A stretch of 64,000 nt of DNA from an uncultured Rhizobium sp. (GTDB lineage: Bacteria; Pseudomonadota; Alphaproteobacteria; Rickettsiales; UBA1997). The notes under the pieces were generated by a model. It was not told the DNA's origin, did no database searches, and was given only the letters and a program-made list of their open reading frames with translations. Location of the stretch: contig CAZDLU010000002.1 of the NCBI GenBank assembly GCA_964506725.1, positions 44,538 to 108,537 on the forward strand, written 5' to 3'. Positions within the stretch are counted from its first letter, which is position 1. Each line of letters begins with the position of its first letter. The position numbers were made by a program, and so were the translations under genes. Positions 9,034 through 16,507 of this stretch are shown one piece after another.

Positions 9034-9500
9034 AAAATTACTTCGAAATTTTTTCTATCCCCATCAATTTTACAATCAATCTTGACGATCTTGAAAAAAA
9101 ATATCTAAATTTCCAAAAGCAGTTCCATCCGGATAAATCAAGCCTTGATGACCTTTCCAAATCTATTGAAATTAACGAAGCTTACAAAATTTTATCCGAC
9201 GATTTTTTGCGGGCTTGTTATATTTTGAAATTAAATGACATTGATATTTTGCATGATGAAAAATCTGTTAAAGTAGATTTTTCAACGCTTGAGCATGTTT
9301 TAGAATTGCAGGAAAAAATTGCTGAAATCAAAAAAGATGAAATAAAAAATCTTGAAACGGAAATAAATTCTGAAATAAAATTATTAATTGCGGATGCCTC
9401 TAAAAGCAATAATATCAAGGAAGCAGCGCAAATTTTAGTTAAAGCAAAATACCTAAAAAAAGCTTTGCAAGATTTAAAAAATAAGCGACAAAAATTATAA
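9030..9500 (+). CDS. hscB: Fe-S co-chaperone HscB
   Basis: J-domain MKNYFEIFSIP..LEKKYLNFQKQFHPDK. Positioned upstream of hscA. Confidence 0.85.
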   Translation: MKNYFEIFSIPINFTINLDDLEKKYLNFQKQFHPDKSSLDDLSKSIEINEAYKILSDDFLRACYILKLNDIDILHDEKSVKVDFSTLEHVLELQEKIAEIKKDEIKNLETEINSEIKLLIADASKSNNIKEAAQILVKAKYLKKALQDLKNKRQKL

Positions 9501-11165
9501 ATGGCACTTTTACAAATTAGCGAACCAGGTTTAGAAAAAGAAAAAGACAAGTCTGAAATAATTATCGGAATTGACTTGGGCACTACAAATTCCTTGGTCG
9601 GAGTGGTGCGTGAAAATAAGGTAGAAATTTTGGCTGATGAAAATGGTCGCGATATTATTCCGTCTATTGTGCATTATGGCGACAGAGAAATTTCTTCGAT
9701 TAAGCGTTTGATGGGCAAAGGCAAAGAGGTGCGCGTTGAAACAGATGGCCGTAAAATAAGGCCGGAAGAAGTGTCGGGAGAAATTTTAAAAAAATTAAAA
9801 AAAATCGCGGAAGAAAATTTAAAAACGGAAATACACAAAGCCGTGATTACGGTTCCGGCTTACTTTGATGAAGCGGCAAAAAATGCTACGAAACTTGCAG
9901 CAAATTTAGCTGACTTGGAAGTTGTACGATTGGTTAATGAACCTACTGCGGCGGCGCTTGCTTATGGTTTAGAAAATGGCAGCGAAGGTATGTATTGCGT
10001 GTATGATTTGGGTGGAGGAACTTTTGATGTTTCGATTTTGAAAATGCAAAAAGGCGTGTTTAAGGTTTTAGGTGTGAGTGGTGATAATAATTTAGGTGGC
10101 GACGATTTCGATGATTTGGTGGCGAAGGAATTAGGTGTTAGTAAGGCGGAAGCTAGAAAAATAAAAGAGGAACTTAGTCATCAGTCGTCAGTAATAAGTC
10201 GTCAGTATAATTTAACACAGAAAAAACTTGAAAGCTTACTATCAGAAAAAATTACAAAAACTATTACGCTTACACAAAATCTTTTAGAAGATTTAGAGCT
10301 TGAAAGCTCACAAATAAAGGGCGTAATCCTAGTCGGCGGATCAACACGAATTCCACTAATTAAAAAAAAACTAGCCGAACTTTTCGGCCGAGAAAAAATC
10401 CTCACCAATCTCGATCCCGACCGCGTGGTCGCAATTGGCGCGGCTTGGCAGGCTTATAATCTTTCCGGACAAGGCGAAAATTTATTGCTCGACGTTAACG
10501 CTTTGTCACTTGGAATTGAAATGATGGGCGGCATTGTCGAAAAAATTATTCCGCGCAATTCCACAATTCCCTCGGCTTACGCCAAAGAATTTACCACTTA
10601 CGCCGACAATCAAACCGGCATGAAATTGCACATAGTACAAGGTGAGCGCGAATTGGCCAAAGATTGCAGAAGCTTGGCTGAATTTGAAATAAAAAACATT
10701 CCGGCAATGGCTGCAGGAATGGCGCGCGTTCTTGTCACTTTCAGACTTGATGCTGATGGTCTGCTCACAGTGTTGGCCGAAGAGAAAATCACCAAACAAA
10801 AACAAGAAATTATCGTAAAACCGACTTATCATTTGAACGAAAATGAAGTAAAAGAAATGTTGTTAGATTCAATAAAACATTCCAAAGATGATATTGAAAA
10901 TAGGCTGTTGATCGAGGCAATTGTTGAAGCCAAGCAGGATATTGAAATTATTAAAAAAGATTTAGCTGAAGTTGAAATTGAAAATAAAAAGGAAATTGCG
11001 GAAAAGATTTTTGCTTTGGAAAATTTGGTAAATGCAAAAGCCTCGCGGCACCTGATTTCAGAGGCTAGAGAACAGTTAGAAAAATCGGCTCATGATTTGA
11101 TTTTAGAGAAAGTGAATACGGTTTTGAATAAAAAAATTGCCGGGAAAAAGGTTGAGGAGTTTTAG
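9501..11165 (+). CDS. hscA: Fe-S chaperone HscA (compact, 554 aa)
   Basis: MALLQISEPG, IGIDLGTTNS, VITVPAYFDEA, NEPTAAALAYG and DLGGGTFDVSIL. Confidence 0.92.
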   Translation: MALLQISEPGLEKEKDKSEIIIGIDLGTTNSLVGVVRENKVEILADENGRDIIPSIVHYGDREISSIKRLMGKGKEVRVETDGRKIRPEEVSGEILKKLKKIAEENLKTEIHKAVITVPAYFDEAAKNATKLAANLADLEVVRLVNEPTAAALAYGLENGSEGMYCVYDLGGGTFDVSILKMQKGVFKVLGVSGDNNLGGDDFDDLVAKELGVSKAEARKIKEELSHQSSVISRQYNLTQKKLESLLSEKITKTITLTQNLLEDLELESSQIKGVILVGGSTRIPLIKKKLAELFGREKILTNLDPDRVVAIGAAWQAYNLSGQGENLLLDVNALSLGIEMMGGIVEKIIPRNSTIPSAYAKEFTTYADNQTGMKLHIVQGERELAKDCRSLAEFEIKNIPAMAAGMARVLVTFRLDADGLLTVLAEEKITKQKQEIIVKPTYHLNENEVKEMLLDSIKHSKDDIENRLLIEAIVEAKQDIEIIKKDLAEVEIENKKEIAEKIFALENLVNAKASRHLISEAREQLEKSAHDLILEKVNTVLNKKIAGKKVEEF

Positions 11166-11171
11166 CGTCAC

Positions 11172-11255
11172 TCGTCATCCTTGACGCGAAGCGTCGAGTA
11201 TCTCGGGAGTTTAGTCTCATGAGATCCTCGGCCGCAATGCGGCCAAGGATGACGT
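11172..11255. repeat. Family E composite palindrome (CGTCATCCTTG...CAAGGATGACG)
   Basis: The outer arms cgtcatccttg and caaggatgacg enclose the inner hairpins acgcgaagcgt and gccgcaatgcggc. Related to the hairpin at 26354-26390. Confidence 0.7.
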
Positions 11256-11282
11256 ATTTTCTAAGTATTTATTTTGAATTTT

Positions 11283-11714
11283 ATGAAACAATATTTTTCA
11301 TTATTAATTTTACTTTTAACAAGCTGCACCTTCCTGCAAAAACCGCATTTCATCCTCACCCAATCAAGCAAACACGCCACTTACACCAATAAAACAATCG
11401 AACTAGAAAACGTAAGTAACCACCTCACCTATTTCTCCGACAGCAAAAACCGCATCATCGGCCACATCACTATCGAAAAATTCCAAAAAAAATGGCAGGA
11501 AAAACATGACAAGAAATCACCAGATGCCGCAATTTCTTATTACAACAAAAACAATGAACCAAGGCTTGCCATTGTTGAGATCAACTCAATTAACAAAGGC
11601 GAAAATTCTGTAATTTATAAAGTAAAAATCCTTTCCGGAAAATTGGAAAAAAACATGCAGGATTTTTCACTATTCATTGAAGACGAGGAAAATTTAGCAG
11701 ATATAAAATATTGA
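11283..11714 (+). CDS. hypothetical lipoprotein
   Basis: MKQYFSLLILLLTSC is a signal peptide with an LTSC lipobox. Confidence 0.6.
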   Translation: MKQYFSLLILLLTSCTFLQKPHFILTQSSKHATYTNKTIELENVSNHLTYFSDSKNRIIGHITIEKFQKKWQEKHDKKSPDAAISYYNKNNEPRLAIVEINSINKGENSVIYKVKILSGKLEKNMQDFSLFIEDEENLADIKY

Positions 11715-11720
11715 TAAATT

Positions 11721-12248
11721 TTATTTCCTCGCTCTTTCAATACCTTCTGCAATCAACGCCCTAGCTTTGTCAGCGCCTTCAAAAGATTTCACTTTCACCC
11801 ATTTACCTTTTTCCAAATCCTTATAATGCTCGAAAAAATGTTTAATTTTGGCAATCAAACTAGCCGGCAAATCATCAATTGATTCAGCGCTTTCAAATTG
11901 AGAATTTAATTTTTTTCCGGGAACGGCAATGATTTTTTCATCCATGCCTTTTTCATCTTCCATAATCAAAACACCAACCGGTTTTGCTGAAATTACGGCA
12001 CCGGGAACCACCGGAAAATCTGAAACCACAAGCACATCGCACGGATCGCCGTCATCAGACAAAGTATGCGGCACAAAACCATAATTACACGGATAATACA
12101 TTGGAGTTGCCACAAAACGATCCACAAAAATCGCGCCCGAATCCTTATCCATTTCATATTTTACAGGATCGGCGTTCATTGGAACTTCGATGATAACGTT
12201 TACTTGATTCGGCGCGTCTTTACCGATTGAGATGTTTTCGATTTTCAT
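11721..12248 (-). CDS. ppa: inorganic pyrophosphatase
   Basis: VNVIIEVP..PVKYEMDKDSG..FVDRF, YPCNYGFVPHTLSDDGDPCDVLV and DEKIIAV. Confidence 0.95.
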   Translation of the reverse strand: MKIENISIGKDAPNQVNVIIEVPMNADPVKYEMDKDSGAIFVDRFVATPMYYPCNYGFVPHTLSDDGDPCDVLVVSDFPVVPGAVISAKPVGVLIMEDEKGMDEKIIAVPGKKLNSQFESAESIDDLPASLIAKIKHFFEHYKDLEKGKWVKVKSFEGADKARALIAEGIERARK

Positions 12249-12280
12249 ATTTTTAATTTAGTTTAATACCTTAATGGAAA

Positions 12281-12383
12281 AAGTGCTTAAGTGCTTTCGC
12301 GCTTCGCGCTAGTGCTTAGGTGCTTAAGTAGTTTTCAGTCTACTTAAGCACTAGCGCGTGAGCGCGTAAGCACCTAAGCACTT
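12281..12383. repeat. Family C octamer palindrome (GTGCTTAR variant, longest copy)
   Basis: aagtgcttaagtgctttcgcgcttcgcgctagtgcttaggtgcttaagtag / ctacttaagcactagcgcgtgagcgcgtaagcacctaagcactt. Confidence 0.8.
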
Positions 12384-12385
12384 AT

Positions 12386-13675
12386 TTAATTTACTTCTAG
12401 CAAACAAGCTCCACCTTGTCCGCCGCCGACGCATAAAGTCGCAAGACCGCGATTTTTACCACGTCTTTTTAATTCGCGCAAGAGATGAATTACAATTCTG
12501 GTTCCCGACATTCCAACCGGATGCCCCAGCGCCACGCCGCCACCATTGACGTTTAAAATATTTTCATCAATTTTTCCTAAAGCATTTACGCCAAAATGTT
12601 TTTGGCAAAATTCGTCAGAAGCAAAGGCGCGCGCGCAGCCAATTACTTGAGCAGCAAAGGCTTCGTTGATTTCAATTAATTCCATATCTTGCAAAGAAAG
12701 TCCTGACTTATCAAAAACTTTTTTCGAAGCAAAAACCGGACCAAGCCCCATTCTGCTTGGATCCAAGCCGGCATAAGCAAAATCTGACAAATATCCCAAA
12801 ACTTCCAAACCAAGTTCTTTGGCTTTCGATTCACGCATTACCACCGCAAAAGCTGCGCCGTCAGTGACTTGCGATGAATTTCCAACTGTAACAGTTCCGG
12901 TAACTTTTTCAAAATATGGTTTTAATTTTGCTAAATCTTCAATCTTTTGGCCTTTGCGGATTCCCTCATCCTCTTCCACCATTTTTGAATTTTTTTCATC
13001 GCCGTTAAAAACCGGAATTATTTCTTCCTTAAAAATTCCTTTCGCGGTTGCAGCCTCCGCGCGCTTGTGGCTTCTGAGTGCAAACTCGTCTTGCTCTTCG
13101 CGCGTAATTGAAAAATCTTTTGCGACATTTTCTGCGGTACAACCCATAATCAAACCGGAAATCGGATCAGTCAGACCTTGAACCAAGCCAACTACGGGCG
13201 CTAAATAATTAAAACGAAAAGTCGCAAGTGCCGCTAATTTTTCCCCTAAAGTTTTTGATTTAAATAATTTTTCAAAAAGCCCGGTCATTTTTTTGTTATA
13301 AAATAACGGAATATTGCTCATCGATTCTACGCCGCCAGCCACTATTATTTCAGCATCGCCATTAAGAATTTTTAAAGCCGCACTTGTTATTGCTTCCATT
13401 CCCGAAGCACAATTTCTATGCACAGTATAAGCCGGAATTTTTTCGGGTAATCCGGCCTTTAGAGCAATCACGCGCGCAATATTGGCGGCCTCTGCGGGCT
13501 GCGCCACATTACCGACAATCACTTCATCAATTTTTTCCGGATCAATTTTCGCGCGAATCACCACCTCACGCAAAATGCGGGCTCCCAAATCATGCGCTGT
13601 CAAATTCTTCAAAACCCCACCGGCCTTACCCATTGGCGATCTATAGCCGGCAATTATTGCGATTCTTTCTTTCAT
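12386..13675 (-). CDS. acetyl-CoA C-acyl/acetyltransferase (thiolase)
   Basis: VHRNCASGMEAI, NVNGGGVALGHPVGMSGTR and LCVGGGQGGACLLE. Confidence 0.92.
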   Translation of the reverse strand: MKERIAIIAGYRSPMGKAGGVLKNLTAHDLGARILREVVIRAKIDPEKIDEVIVGNVAQPAEAANIARVIALKAGLPEKIPAYTVHRNCASGMEAITSAALKILNGDAEIIVAGGVESMSNIPLFYNKKMTGLFEKLFKSKTLGEKLAALATFRFNYLAPVVGLVQGLTDPISGLIMGCTAENVAKDFSITREEQDEFALRSHKRAEAATAKGIFKEEIIPVFNGDEKNSKMVEEDEGIRKGQKIEDLAKLKPYFEKVTGTVTVGNSSQVTDGAAFAVVMRESKAKELGLEVLGYLSDFAYAGLDPSRMGLGPVFASKKVFDKSGLSLQDMELIEINEAFAAQVIGCARAFASDEFCQKHFGVNALGKIDENILNVNGGGVALGHPVGMSGTRIVIHLLRELKRRGKNRGLATLCVGGGQGGACLLEVN

Positions 13676-13746
13676 TTTAAAAAATTTTATGGTTAAAGTT
13701 AGATGATTAGAGTTAACTTTAAAAAATTTAAAAATCTATAAATTAG

Positions 13747-13831
13747 TGGATTGTTTCTGCGCTAGCGCTCCTCGCAATTACGAAAAATCATTCCCCGTCA
13801 TTGCGAGGAGCGCTAGCGACGAAGCAATCCA
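13747..13831. repeat. Family D palindrome (GCGCTAGCGCTCCTCGCAAT core)
   Basis: tggattgtttctgcgctagcgctcctcgcaattacg ... ccgtcattgcgaggagcgctagcgacgaagcaatcca. It creates the spurious TTG-start extension of ORF 13801. Confidence 0.75.
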
Positions 13832-13845
13832 TAAACAAAAAACAA

Positions 13846-14634
13846 ATGCTAAATCAAGAAATAATTAACTTCGCCAATCATTTAGCCGATCTTGCAGCAC
13901 CTATTACCAAAAAATATTTTCGTGTATCGAACGGCGAAAATACTAAGTCGGACGACACTCCCGTAACTAAAGCCGATCATGAAATTGAAGCAAAATTACG
14001 CGAAGCAATCATGCAAAAATTTCCGACTCACGGAATTATCGGCGAAGAATTTAGCAATCACAATGAAAATGCCGAATTCAAATGGATCATTGATCCAATT
14101 GACGGCACAGCATCTTTTGTAATCGGCCGTCCGCTTTTTGGAACATTGATTGCCCTCACCTATCAAGGAAAATCGATACTTGGCATTATGGATCAAGCAA
14201 TTACAGGGGAGCGTTTTGTTGGCATAAAAGACCAAGGTTCATTTCTAAACGGCAAAAAAATTAAAACTAGAAACTGTCACGAGCTGAACAACGCCATGCT
14301 TTGCACAACCTCGCCTTTTTTCTTTAAAAATAATGATGCCGAAATTTTAAAAAAACTTTCATCCACTACCAAATATCAAAATTGCGGCGGCATAACTTAT
14401 GGCGGCGATTGTTATCTTTATGCGATGCTCGCTTGCGGATTTGTTGATGTGGTTATTGATACCGGTTTAAAAGTTTTTGATTTTGCCGCATTAATTCCAA
14501 TTATTGAAATGGCCGGTGGTGTAGTATCCGACTGGCAGGGCAATGAATTAGAATTAAAATCAAATGCTAAAATGCTGGCTTGCGGCAGCAAAGAAATTCA
14601 ACAAAAAATTTTAGAGATTATAAATGCGCGGTAG
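13846..14634 (+). CDS. inositol monophosphatase family protein (SuhB/HisN-like)
   Basis: GIIGEEF, WIIDPIDGTASF and a C-terminal DFAALIPIIEMAGG. ATG at 13846 is preferred over the repeat-derived TTG at 13801. Confidence 0.85.
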   Translation: MLNQEIINFANHLADLAAPITKKYFRVSNGENTKSDDTPVTKADHEIEAKLREAIMQKFPTHGIIGEEFSNHNENAEFKWIIDPIDGTASFVIGRPLFGTLIALTYQGKSILGIMDQAITGERFVGIKDQGSFLNGKKIKTRNCHELNNAMLCTTSPFFFKNNDAEILKKLSSTTKYQNCGGITYGGDCYLYAMLACGFVDVVIDTGLKVFDFAALIPIIEMAGGVVSDWQGNELELKSNAKMLACGSKEIQQKILEIINAR

Positions 14635-15346
14635 ACCAATCACAGCAGTTCACTTACCTAGAACTGCAAAAACTTCAATTTTTGAAAATCAAATAGGTTA
14701 CAAAATTTCCAACCAATATTTTAAAAATCTTTTAAGCAAAGAATCACCATTTGAAATATTTAAAATAACGGATTGCAATTTGGGAATGGCTTATGAAACC
14801 GCAAAAAGACTGCGTGAGACTCTTTCTGCAGAACAAAAAGCAAAGGTAAAATTTTTCTTTGAAGATACAGAATTACCGATTGAAGAGTTTACAACAAAAT
14901 CTTTACAACCGCTAAAATTTATTGATGTCGATGATGAAGCATTGGAATATGAATTTGCTGAAGAATTAGAAAAAGCAGCCTGGATTATCGCTGCTAAAGA
15001 TAATAAACATATAGTGCAAGGAATCAGGTTTTTTGCACCTCCAAAAGAATCAGCTAAAGAAATTGCCCCGCACATTCCTAAAATAAAAACAGATTTAATG
15101 ACAAAATGCGAATCAGGTTCGCTAAATGATGATGAAGCAAATTTACTTGTTGAAATGATCAGTAATTCTGAGGCAAAAAAAGGTATGACAAAATTTTCTA
15201 TAAAATTAAATGGAAGAGAGCCGCTATTTTTCCGTGTAATAGAAGGTAAAGTTTACGATGTAACTGATGCTATAAAAGTTAAGGAAAAAGATTTTGAAGT
15301 AGTACGCAAGCTTGCCCCAGTTGATCATAGCCGAATTATTGAGTAA
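14624..15346 (+). CDS. hypothetical protein
   Basis: 240-aa ORF followed by a strong terminator. I recognised no family. Confidence 0.5.
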   Translation: MRGRPITAVHLPRTAKTSIFENQIGYKISNQYFKNLLSKESPFEIFKITDCNLGMAYETAKRLRETLSAEQKAKVKFFFEDTELPIEEFTTKSLQPLKFIDVDDEALEYEFAEELEKAAWIIAAKDNKHIVQGIRFFAPPKESAKEIAPHIPKIKTDLMTKCESGSLNDDEANLLVEMISNSEAKKGMTKFSIKLNGREPLFFRVIEGKVYDVTDAIKVKEKDFEVVRKLAPVDHSRIIE

Positions 15347-15355
15347 AAATAAAAA

Positions 15356-15398
15356 GGGGCCAGGCTACTTTTACCCAAAAGTAGCCTGGCCCCTTTTT
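15356..15398 (+). terminator. rho-independent terminator
   Basis: ggggccaggctactttt-accc-aaaagtagcctggcccc is a perfect 17-bp stem followed by TTTTT. An A-run precedes it, so it is symmetric. Confidence 0.85.
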
Positions 15399-15448
15399 AT
15401 CTGACCCCGATCAATTACTTCCATTTCTAAAAGTTCTAGCATCATTTT

Positions 15449-16507
15449 ATGTTAGATTTTTTAGAAAATTCATCGCATTATCAACAAATAGCCTGGGCAA
15501 TAAAAATGTTTATCATAATTTTTATCTCCTTGGTTTTAAGCTATGTGGCAGGCCGCTTGGTTCGGAATTGCGAAAAGAAACTTTCACATAATAAAGCCAT
15601 TTGGGATGATTTATTGCTGCGCTCAATTCGTAAGCCCCTGATAAGCTTAATTTGGATTTTAGGAGTTGCGCTCGCCATCAATACAACAGGCCAGCATATT
15701 CGCGTTGATTTTTATAATTTTGTTTTAATATTTAAAAATCTCGGAATTATTTTTTGTATTGCCTGGTTTATTTGGCGAATTGTTGCCGAATATGAAAAAT
15801 ATTTAACTTCTGAAAAAAGCGACCATCTAGATGTTACAACAGTTGTTGCCATTACTAAATTACTTAAAATTGCCATCTTAATTACCACCGGATTAATGAT
15901 GTTGCAAAATTTCGGTGTCAATATTAACGGAATAATTGCTTTTGGTGGCATCGGTGGTATCGCCGTTGGATTTGCCGCTAAAGATTTACTGGCAAATTTT
16001 TTCGGAGCGTTGGTGATTTTTCTGGATCGACCATTTTCAGTAGGAGATTTTATTCGCTCCCCAGACCGCCAAATTGATGGCGCGGTACAATATATCAGCT
16101 GGCGCTTAACTCATATTTTAACGCCCGATAAAAGACTTTTATATATTCCAAATTCACTTTTTAGCACCATCATTATCGAAAATCTTTCGCGCACAATTAA
16201 CCGCCGCATTCACGAAGACGTAAGATTGCGTTATCAAGACATAAAAAAATCCGCAAAAATAATTGATGAATTGAAAGAATTTTTAACTAATCATAAGGAA
16301 ATAGACAAAACATTACCTATTACCGTGATTATTTCAAAACTTGATGAATATTGCGTAACGCTTGTAGTTGAGGCCTTCACCGGCAATATCTCTATTCCGG
16401 AATATAATGAAATCAAGCAGGAAATTTTGCTTAAAGTTGATGAGGTAATTTTAAAAAACGGCGCTGAAATTGCTTTGCCACGATCAGTGATAAATATTTT
16501 AGATTAA
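15449..16507 (+). CDS. mechanosensitive ion channel, MscS family
   Basis: Multi-TM N-terminus, then ANFFGALVIFLDRPFSVGDFI, which is the MscS beta-domain signature. Confidence 0.85.
   Translation: MLDFLENSSHYQQIAWAIKMFIIIFISLVLSYVAGRLVRNCEKKLSHNKAIWDDLLLRSIRKPLISLIWILGVALAINTTGQHIRVDFYNFVLIFKNLGIIFCIAWFIWRIVAEYEKYLTSEKSDHLDVTTVVAITKLLKIAILITTGLMMLQNFGVNINGIIAFGGIGGIAVGFAAKDLLANFFGALVIFLDRPFSVGDFIRSPDRQIDGAVQYISWRLTHILTPDKRLLYIPNSLFSTIIIENLSRTINRRIHEDVRLRYQDIKKSAKIIDELKEFLTNHKEIDKTLPITVIISKLDEYCVTLVVEAFTGNISIPEYNEIKQEILLKVDEVILKNGAEIALPRSVINILD

Noticed and set aside
10183-10207. A short direct repeat, agtcgtcagta x2 with a 14-nt period, inside hscA.
   Set aside because: It is tiny and imperfect, and it keeps the frame (..HQSSVISRQYN..) in a variable linker of HscA. 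I saw no evidence of function.
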